Program-made: the position numbers and the translations under genes
Source: Octopus sinensis
Taxonomy: Eukaryota
NCBI RefSeq assembly: GCF_006345805.1
Contig: NC_043006.1
Location: 26,164,001 to 26,228,000, forward strand
DNA: 64,000 nt
Reading direction: 5' to 3'
Notes under the pieces: model-generated
The model's database searches: none
What the model saw: the letters and a program-made list of their open reading frames with translations, nothing else
Told to the model about the DNA's origin: nothing
Part shown: piece by piece, positions 51,801 through 63,500 of the stretch
Layout of the letters: each line of letters opens with the position of its first letter
Numbering within the stretch: the first letter of the stretch is position 1

Positions 51801-54800
51801 AATTCATAGGTTGACTATGGAGTGATGCAAGAACTGAGAAATTTTGCATGCGTTAATTTCAGCTCACCTTATTAATAACTACATTGTTTCGTTCCAGGTA
51901 AACTGACATCTGACTGTTCAAAGAAGACTTCACAAGTAAACTAGTAGTGACTTCTCTTGGAAATAAACAAAATTTGACATCTTGGTGTTGTCGAGTATCC
52001 TCATAACAAAGGGTTTATTTCCCCAGGGACATTCATGTTGACATGGTTGTTGCTTTAGGGTATGACACTCCAGCTTTATCAACAGTGCTGAAGTGGATAG
52101 CTAAATTTAGGAGAAGAAGGGAGAGTCTTGAAGATGACCCAAGGTTTTGGTGTCCTGCAACTGTCACCATTGAGGAAGACATTGATTGTGTTCATGACAT
52201 GGTGATGGATGACAAGCAATTGACTATAAATCAAATAGCCAATGTTATTAGCATATCCTGTGAGCAAGCGGAGAATATTCTGCACAATGAACTTGGCATG
52301 ATGAAGGTTTCTGCTTGGTGAGTGTCACATCTTCTGACACCTGATCAAAAGGGCAACAGGCTGATTACACTGTGGGAAAATCTGACATTGTTTGAAGGAG
52401 ATCCAGCTGGTTTCTTTGAACATTTCCTAACTCAGAATGAATGTTGGGTTCATCATTTTGAGCCATAGACAAAAGAGACAGTCCATGCAGTGGAAATGCC
52501 TCTCCTCGCCTGCTCCAAAGAAGGCCAAGGTTGTTTCATCTACAGGGAAGGTGATGGCCTCAGTTTTTTGGAAATGCAAAAGGCATAGTGTTTATTGAAT
52601 GTCTTCAAAAGGGCTACACCATCAAGCTAATTTGCTGAGGCAGTTACAAAATGCTATCAAGACCAAATGCCCAAGGAAACTGATGAAAGGGTTTTTGTTT
52701 TTACAGGACAATACTGCAGCACTCAAGTCCTTGGTTTCAATGGCTGCTGTGCATGACTGGCTTCAAGCTGGTTGATCACCTCCCTAATTTCCTGATAAGG
52801 GCCCCATGTGGCTCATCTGTTCCTCAACATGAAAAAAAACACTTGGCTGAAAATTAGTATTGCAGTGATGATGACATCATATCTGCTGGTGATGATTTTT
52901 TGGGGCCAATAGGATAAAAGCTTTTTCACCCATGGGATCCAAGCACTGCAACACTGATGTAAGTATGTGGACTGCATGGGGGACTATGTTGTAAAATCAA
53001 ACCTCATTTGGTCATGTTCCATGGGAGTCTCTCGATCAGCCTATGGACTTTTCAGCCAACCTTTGTATTGTACAATATTTATGTATGAAGGAGTAGATTC
53101 ATACATGAACCTGAAATATAGTGCGCGTATGTTAAATTTCATTGCAAAGGCTTTACACTTTGTCCACTGAGTTTAATGATAGTTTTTGATGTCTAGAGAA
53201 GTGTACAAAGGAAATCACATTATCATTAACATAGTAACATGAATTATAGTGGACTGTTTTGGGTACCTTGGCAGCATGCAGTCTGCTGTAATTTTGGATG
53301 TTTCATTTTGGTAAGCTAATTGATAATAAAATGTCTACATAGTATACTCTAAATCAGTGTATGATTTCTTAAGTGGAATGTGTAAACACATCTACTGAAA
53401 ATTTATATAAGTTGAAAAGATATAAGAGTGTTTTTAATATTGTTAATAATGAGTGAGGAAGATATTCTTTCCTATTCTATTCTCATATCAATCAATAATG
53501 GAAGTAAAATATTGCAATAGTTAAAGATTAAGTTGGAATATTCTGTCTAATGTGTAATGTGAATTAAGAGGAAATGAAAAGTATGCCCTTGCTAGATTTA
53601 GTTTGAATGAGCATACAAGAGGAATGAACAAAGAGAAATGTATTTAAAAGAGGACATTAATTTTAGATAATAGTCAAAGTAAAGAACAATCAAATGAAGT
53701 ACTTTTTAAGTTAAAGAGAGCAATTCTATTATTTTGATCTATCTTTTACTATTTTGTAAAATGTAAGATTTCATTCATGCAAACCCTTCATATAAATCTT
53801 AAATAAACTAACAAATTTTTTCATTTAGTTTACTTGAAATAAAATTTTACTATCTTATAACTTAGTAATATATCTGAAGTTTTAATTTCAATTTACTTAC
53901 TAACAATGAAAATGCTTGACAGTTAAAACACTTGGCTGAAAATTAGTATTGTAGAGATGATGACATCATATTTGCTGTTGATGATTTCTTTTGGCCAACA
54001 GGATAAAAGCTTTTTTACCAATGGGATCCAAGCACTGCAGCACAGATGTAAGTATGTGGACTGCATGGGGGACCATGTTGTAAAAGAAACCTCATTCGGT
54101 CACGTTCCATGACAGTATCTTGGTCAGCCTATGAACTTTTCAGCCAACCCTTGTATTGGAAATAAACAAAATTTGACATCTTGGCGTTACCAAATACCTG
54201 CAGAAAAAGAGTTTAGCCCCCAAGGACATTCATGTTGACATGGTTGCTACATTAAGGTATGACACTCCAGCTTTATCAACAATGCAGAAGTGGACAGCTG
54301 AATTTAGGAGAGGAAGGGAGAGTCTTGAAGATGACCCGAGGTTTTGGTGTCCTGCAACTGCCACCATTGAGGAAAACATTGATTGTGATCATGACATGGT
54401 GATGGATGACAGGCAATTGACTATAAATCAAATGCTATTAGCATATCTTACTTAAAATAAAGTATAGCTGTATAAAATGATAAAGTTCAGATATATGTGT
54501 CTTAGATTAGTTCAAGCAATTAAATTTGTTTTTCACATCAGATGAAAAATTTCTTTTATTTTATTCTTCAGCAATCTTCGGTCTCGAGGCTCTTCATTGT
54601 GTGATATAGCAATTCTTGTAGTAGATATTATGCATGGTCTTGAACCACAAACAATTGAATCTATAAACCTGCTTAAAGCCAGAAAAACTCCTTTTGTTAT
54701 TGCATTAAACAAGGTAAGATTATAAAAATATACTATCAATAAATATGTTCCACTGTTAGTTTTAATAGTATTGTTATTGCATTATTAATTTCTCTTCTTT

Positions 54801-57800
54801 TAACGTACTGTGTATATTGCTATCATCATTGTTTTAATGCTTAGTTTTTTTCATGTTCCCATTGATGAAATGACTTGAGGCAAATTTTCTATGGAAGGAT
54901 ACTCTTCTTGTTGCCAACTTGTACCTGTTCCTGGGCAAGCTAATATTTTTCACTAGGATGTACAATTATCTGAAAACTTAAAACAACACTGATTTTTTTT
55001 GTGTGTGTGTGTGTGTGTTTTCATATGAGTTAAGTTAATTTTTTGGCTCAAAAAGCAAAAAGCAAGGTCATGTAGGGGGACATGGAGTTATGTACAGGGA
55101 GGATGTTCATGCAAAGAGTTGAGGCCATTTCTGGTCAAGAGAGACTTTGAACCAAGCGGTTGTCGGCATCTTCACTATCTCGTCTGGCAGCTTATTCCAC
55201 GGATCTGCAACCCAGATGGAGAAAGCCCCTCTCCTTCGATTGAGATGAAATCATCGCAAATAGAGCTTTTCGGAGTGACCCCGCAGCTGATGCTCTGGAG
55301 TAGGAGTGAAGAACAGCTCTTTCGAGAGGTTACACATCCTAATCTATTAATGCCTGTCTTCCATGCTGGCATGGGTTGGGTGGTTTGATAGAATCTGATG
55401 GTCAGAGTGCTGTACTATGTTACATCTGCTTTGACATGGTTTCTATGGCTGGGTGCTTTTTATGTGGCAACAGTACTACTGAGGTTGCCATGTATACAAA
55501 TTTTGAGTACTGAAAAATCACTACACTTGTTTAATATCATATTTAACACTGTCAATGTTCTGTATAACATTGTATTTGTATCTTGTTTAAAATTCATTTG
55601 CAGCTTACCTCACTTTTTGATCTTTGGTTTGTAAAATATCTCTGCTTTAAATTAAATTATCTTACTAACCAAAGCCCAGTGGATTACCAATTAATCAGTG
55701 CTAACATTAATTTACATTACAAAAAATTTAATTTCAATATACTGTTAACCAGCAATTTTTTTCTTTACTCCCTCAGATTGACAGATTATTTCAGTGGAAG
55801 ACATCACCACAAACTGATGTTTCTGTTACAATCAAAAAACAAAATACTAACACTAAAGTAGAATTTGAGGAACGAAGTAAAGAAAGTATTCTTCAAATTT
55901 CAGAACAGGTTGGTTTGTTATTTATTTCCTAATTCATAGTGTAAGATTTTTAGGTGCTTAATGATAGTTGTAAAGATTATCAATTCAAATGCTTCCACTA
56001 TTATTGCATTGTGGCCTTAAGCAAGATACATTTTACTCTGCTTTAGTCTACTTGGTTGTGTAACATTTCAACAAATTTGTGGGAATATAAGTGATAAAAT
56101 AAGTCGTCAAATAAACAATATTATAAGAAAATAAATTTGTATTTTCTGATTTGTTAGCTTCATTTGTTTATTTCTTTCTTGCTATGAGATATGCAAATGT
56201 ACTGTCACACCTTGGTTGTTATTGCTAAGTGTGCCTTCATATAATTTTTTTTTATTGTATTTTTCCTCTGATTAGCTGATGTTAGGATTAATGAAGTAAA
56301 TTTTGTGAAGCTCTTCATTAAGCTTACAACTTCTGATTAAGTGTGGCATAGAGTATTTAAATATAATTATGTGTCCAATTTTTTCAATGGTATGTGATTC
56401 TTCTGCTAAGCTACATCAAAATACAGAATGATATTAGATGCAGTTTAAGTAACTATAACCAAGAATTAAAACTAATTTGCTAATTTGACTAGGCTCGCTG
56501 GAAGCTGACTTATATATGATGCTAGTGAAACATTGAAATTTAAGTGAACATTTGTTGGTATCTTTAAAATGTCTTGAAAAATATATTGGGTTTTAGACAT
56601 AGTAATTCATTATTCAAATTTTGAGTGTGCAGTTTGGTATTAATGGGATAATGCTTGCTGTTTCTGGCAGTTGCTAACTAGTATACTATCTTCAAAAGAC
56701 AAAAGTGCATTATTATGGAGATTCTGTTTTGACCGAACTAAAAAATCAGTCAAAAAATAATATACGTCCCTGGTTAAGGGTATTGAAGAGATAAATTCCA
56801 GACTACATCATACCCCAGGCCGTGCTGTCTAACATTATTGTCTCTTTTCCCTGTATAGAAGCTAAATCCACACCAGTACCCAGTATTTGCTTCAGAAATT
56901 TTCCAAACTTTGATCCCCCATTTTGTGGGCTTTCCTGGCATATACTGTTGGAAGCATACCCTTCCTTTATACCCCACCATTCCCTCATCGACGGATAAAT
57001 ATCTTCCAGGGTTGTAAAATGTTTTATATGCATTATGAATGCAGCCGATGAGGGGTCTTATTTTAAATAAGGGATCAAAGTTTGGTTCTCCATGTATTGG
57101 GATACTGCTAGTCTCTCTCACATGTAAATATTGGTTCAGTTTCACAAATCATATTGGGGTCATAATTCTGGAAACATACTGATTGCCAAAAGGTTCCTGA
57201 TTACTCCAATAATTTGTAATCCTGGGTAACTGTCTAATACCCATAATAATATTTATGGCAAAAACTGCCCGTATTTCATCTACGGTTGTAGGAAGCCACA
57301 AGATATCTTTTTTTCCAGCTTGTTTACATTCTGCATAACAGTTTGTTTCCGCAGCGATTGCTTCAAACAAGCATGCTGGAAAAAATAAAAAGTCTAATGG
57401 TTTCACTTCCTGAGAAAGACTATGGGTAGACCCTGTCTCCTCAGAAAAATTGTTAATGAAAACGTTTTTTAACTTTCTACTCCATTTTGGTGTAAAATCA
57501 TCCTCGCTGTCTATGTCACTGCTTTCAGTTTCTTCAGAATCGCTTTTGGTTTCGGATACAGAAATATCTGATTCATTTTCATCCACCACGTGCTTTTGCA
57601 CCTCATTCATTGTTTCTCTCGATATCTCCATATCTTCTGTTAAAAAGCCTTCAAATTCAGAATCACTGCTCGATACCACAAAACTCCTCTCCATTTTCAG
57701 AGTTGAAAGAAATTAGCGCCAATAAAAATGTAGAAAAAAAATCTTCCAAAATTCACTGAGTTCAAATAGATGCCAGACAATGTCGGATACAAGAACTCAA

Positions 57801-60460
57801 CTGTTAGCAAAGTGAAATCACGTGTTTTAATGAATGTACCAATGAGATTTGGGTTCAAATTTACATTTAAATAACAATGGGTACTCTCAGCCGGCTACGG
57901 CCAGATTAGTAACTAAAGGGTTAAAGATGTATTTCAATTTTTAATAGTATTTTCATTGCTCTAGTATGAAAGGACATAAATACTATGACAATCTCTTATA
58001 TATGGCTATTATTATTTTTTTTTATGTTAACAACTAGAGACTTTTATTGTTAGTTGATTTGAAAAAATCATTTTTACAATATTGTAGTATTGTCTGTTAA
58101 GAGTAAACTAGTTTGTGTAATGTAATAATATGGATTGGCTATTTTGCAAAGATTGTAATATTTCCATTTACTTACATTTCTTCAAATCTTTTTGTAGGGC
58201 CTTAATGCTGCTCTCTTTTATGAAAATACAAATGTTCGTGAATATATAAATGTTGTACCAACTTCAGCTCACACTGGTGATGGAATGGGTAATTTGATAG
58301 CAACAATATGTGAGCTAACTCAGAGTCTATTGGCAAAACGGATCTCCTATAGTGAAGAATTACACGCAACTGTTATGGAAGTAAGTCTTTTTTTCATAAG
58401 CTATCTTGACTAGTAGATTATAAGTTGTTCAGTTTCACTTCAGAAACTCATTTATTTCAGAATTGGTTGCTATAAAGAGGAATTGATGAAAATAAAAGTG
58501 AAGTTAGTCGGTGAAACATCATTCGATTTTATGTCGGTCACTGGTAGCAAAAGAACACCAACTCTAATCATTAATATCTCACTCCACTGTTTCCAGTGCC
58601 AACAAACGAAAATAAAACTGTTCCCATCAGCATCTACTAACGATGTTTTGAGATTTTGCTCAATGTATAAGAAAAATGTTGTTTTCTCTGTTACAAATCT
58701 GGTTCCTTATAAAATGTATTTCCGCTAGATTCAAACTTCTTGCCACTCAATTCATCCACCAGCTCAGCAAAATTTGCACTTTTTAATTTTCTTAGCTATT
58801 AAGGAAATTAACATCAGATGTACATATTTACTATTAATGTCCTCAAACAATTACTTTAATTATTTCTTTCTCTTTAAAGTCTCTTTGAGAATATTCAACT
58901 AAAAATTTCATCTTCCACATAAGAAATCTTAAGTGATACTATCTTACAAACAGCACCTCTATTTCTACTTGATCAGGGTTGATCTGATACAGAACAAATG
59001 TTACAGATGTGTGATTGCCATGAGACTATGAGAAGCAGTATTTATTAGCAAATTGGGCCTTTTTGTTCATGGTTAGAGTGGTTTGTTTCCTTGATAATAT
59101 ATGGTGATTATTGCTATTGTTTGTTTAAAAAACAAAACAAATTTGTTATTTTCCATTAATAGATGTTCAGAAAGTGAGCAGTAACCCTGTGGAAGTACTG
59201 TAAATCTAGTGTAAAATGTTTAAGCTGTTTGTGCGTGACGCTTGTGTGTAGATAAGGAGAAAGGAAGTGTCATCTGCTCAAACATAGTAGTGTGTGTTGT
59301 AGGTAACATGAAGTAGTTTTTAGTATACAGAAGGAAGGCTGTAAGAGTCCCTCCAGATCTTACAGAACACCAGACTTGATAAGTGTGAGTTAGAGAGGGC
59401 CTTGTTTGCACACATCACAATAACATAAGGAATAAGAGTTGGATGTTGTCCATAGGCAAGTAACTGTAAGGTTCTTCTACAAGGCTTCTCTGTTGTCAAG
59501 TGAACAGCATTGCTTTTTCCAATGTTCTCAGGAACATGGAGTCAAATCTATTGAAGTCTCATATGGGTGGTCACTGAGATGGAAGAGAAATTGAGGAATG
59601 ATGATGCTTTCACCACTTTTGGGGTATTGCATGTGAAAGCTATATGTTGAAGTTATCAGAGTCAAGGTTGTTATTCTGTTTGGAGGAATAGGACATACAG
59701 TAATGTGTCTCTAAAGATTGTCCGAATCCTGTAGAGGGGTGGAGTTTGACAGGGTGGAAAACTGTTTTGAGGTTTGACATCACAACTAGTCACATTGTTG
59801 GACTGGAGTTATTGGAAACATTTTTGCAAATTGGGAAGTGTTTAATTGGGTGTAGTTTGAGGCAAAACAGGCTCCCAATGTAAATGCATTTCCAGCAGGC
59901 ATGCTGTTAACAGGATGATAGGTTGGAAGATTTCAAATCTTTCAATATTGTCTTCATATGTAAATGATTAGAATAAACTAGAGTTAAAATGTTTTGGTAC
60001 TTTGTAGGTACAGGCATGGCTATGATGTAAAACCTTCTTCCTAACCATGTGGTTTCGGGGTCAGTCCCATTGCAGTTGCGCCTTGGGCAAGTGTCTTCTA
60101 AAGTAGCCCTGAGCCAACTAAAGCTTTGTGAGTGGATTTGAGAGACAAAATTCTGCGAAGCCTGTTGTGTGAGTGTTTGTTGCTTACTTGTCTTGACATC
60201 ATATGATAGTTGTAAGCAAGGTTTGTTTCAAATCTTCTATGAAAATCTCTCATCTTGGGGGAATATTACCTTGTTTGGAAACTGGTAAGGGCTTCTAGCC
60301 ATAGAAAATCTGCCTTATTGAATTCTGTATGACCCATGTTCAGTCTCACTATGGGGCACCTTGGGAAAGAGCTTTCAACTATAGCCCCAGACTGACTAAA
60401 CCCTTATGAATAGATTTGGTAAACAAACTGGAAGGATATCGTGTGTAGGTATATGAATAT

Positions 60461-60500
<40 letters not shown>

Positions 60501-63500
60501 GGAAAAGTGTGTTTGTTTACATCTGTAATCACTTTTCTGAAAGTGCAGTGGGTGGTGGTGTTGTCAATTTGTCTGTTAACATATAGTTTGGGCATTTTTG
60601 TGCCTTTGAAGCCATGTTGGAATAAGTGATCTCTTACTTGAAAATAGATAAGAGTTGGTGTTAGGAAGGAGAAGATATTTAACCCATACAAGCAAGGAAA
60701 AACTGACGTAAAATAAGTGAATAAACTGTATTTTCTCTGAATTCCTTTGCACCTAGCATGTTCTCAGTATGTCTAATAGCCCAGAGGTACTATACTATTT
60801 CTTGTTAAAAAGAGAGGTTGTGCACTTAAGAAAAACGCTTCAACACTCAGTTCCTCATCTTTCAATATTGCTAGTCAGTTGTGGTATTTAACAAAGTGTG
60901 ACATACAATAACAGATATAAATCCCACTTCTAATCAAGACATTACACCGTCATTTCAACACATATATGATGTGTGTATTTGTTTTATTAACTCACTTGAT
61001 AAAGGAGATATGGATTTTGGAAGTTACAGCAGAGAGTGTAGAGGATTCTTCAGTTCTACAAAGGGCAGCCTCTCATGTGGTATGATAAAATGCATCTTGT
61101 CTAAGTTATATAGTAGTTGGTAAAGGAAACGCCATCGAGCCATCAGAAAAAATAAATAAAATAGAAAATAACAACATACCCAATGATTTTCACTATTGCT
61201 AAATGAAAAAGAGTTGATCTTCCTGTCTAAAATAGCAGCTTCCCCAAATAACATCCTGCTCTCTCAAATAAAAGATAAATTAATCTTACCAACTTTAAAT
61301 AAAACAATCCTACAAACCATTACTAAAAACACAGAAATTCATAGATGGACTGCAAACAACTATAGATTTAACTATTGTCATTTTATAATCATTAAAATTG
61401 AATGAGGAAAAGAAAAATCAAGCTGGTTAAGAATTTACTATTCTCTGGACCTTTTTCTTACTCTAACTACAGCTACTGTCTCAAAACAATTCAATCAATA
61501 ACTGTTGTTGTTTTACCCCAGTTTAACCCTGTTCAAAGTGTTTTAGCCATGATCATCCTCTCTTATTTTCAGACATCATGTCTGAGTGCATTATTGAATG
61601 TGTCTTTTCATTTTTAAGATGGTTTGATATAATTTAACTACTATTGTTAGCAGGTCAAAAGACTATGTGGAGGCCCTCTACTCATCTGTTTTGTGAGAAG
61701 TCTAAGTAGTTCATTTCATCAATGCATTTGTTGTTTACAACTGATATATTTAATCAATATCTGCCAGATTTCTTTTGTGTGCTTACTGTTTTGGCTTGTG
61801 TACACAGTATCATGTTCCTACTTTCAGCTTATATATATATAACAATATTTGCTAAATTCCATCTCATTTACAACTATACCCTCAAGCTAAGCACTACTGA
61901 ATGTTTTAATGCAGATTTTTTATTTGCAATCTCATTTATGTGCACATTGAACAAATCATAGTTTATTGCAATTCATCTATTTTCATTGCTCATTATGTTT
62001 ATTTACTTTAGTTTTTGTCAATATTTGTTTTATAAATAATTACATCAGATGTAATACTTAAGTTATATAATAATAGAATTTGCTATATGAGATAGATAAT
62101 TGGAATTAATTTGGTGACTGAAGGGATTGCAATTAAATTTTTTAAATAATTGGAAGAAAATACTGAAGTGATGTTTTTTGGTTTTCATAGGTGAAAGCTT
62201 TACCAGGCATGGGAACCACTATTGATGTTATTCTTGTTAATGGCAAATTAAAAGAAGGGGATACAATTGTTGTAGCTGGTACTGAGGGACCCATTATGAC
62301 ACAAATCAGAGGCTTATTGACACCAGAACCTATGAAGGAGTTACGAGTCAAGGTAAGAGTGTTTTTTCAGTTTCTGCCATTCACAGTGATAGATTGTTTA
62401 GTCTTTAAAAACTTACAACACAGCTAGGCTTAATACCATTTTGGTTATCACCCTACGATACTATTAACTTGAATGATCTCCCTCAATATATCAGAAATGG
62501 ACAGATGCAAGAGATTGGATACCTTGCAACTATTTGCCACATCCATGAAATTTGCACTGTGTAGTTTGTCTTTACTAGTTTACTTTTCCAATCCTGTAAA
62601 TTTCTCATGTCCCACTCTACAATATTGTGCATGACCTGACATCTCTCCATGCTTGTTTGATTTTTTTTTCATCTGTGACTTCTCTGTTGTCATTAATCAT
62701 ATTCATTACTGGAAATGCATCTGTTTTTCTTATCTGAATAATATTATACAATGATTTTTATCTCTCAGCCTCTTTGCCTTGTTCTTTCACAGAAGTGTTT
62801 TGTCAGCACTTCTTTTTTGCCTCTGTGTTCCATTGTCTACTAGCAAGCAACAATTTAAGTAAAACAGTTATATTAACTTCTCCCAGTTACCCCTATATCC
62901 TAACATACAGGACTTAATAAGGCTATGGGCAAAGTTTAAGCTACATTTATTAGCCTAGATGTGTTAGAAATTTCCATCTATGTAATTTGATTTTATGTTT
63001 TTAATACGTTAAATAAAATATTTTTCAGGCTCAGTATCAGCACCATAAAGAATTAATGGCTGCTCAGGGTGTCAAAATTATGGCCAAGGATTTAGAAAAG
63101 GCTCTTGCAGGGTTGCCTTTGTATGTTGCAAAGGATCAAGATGAAATAGACTATTATAAGGTAAAGTAATTATTATATTTTTTCTCATTACTATTGCAAT
63201 TACTTACAACTGGCTATTCAATATTGTTGTAAGTTTCTATTCCGTATTACTTTCTAATTATATATATAATTAAAAGTAAATACCCAGCCTTACACGGCGT
63301 TCATAAATTACAACAAAGGTACATAAAATATGTGAATTATCTTGAGTTTCCTTATGATGATAGATGAATGTGTGTAATGTCTGAAACAAAATATTAAAAC
63401 CAATACTAATTCAGTTCAAGTTGTAGTATTTTGTTTCACACATTGATCATCATCATCGTTTAATGTCCGTTTTCCATGCTAGCATGGGTTGGACGGTTCA

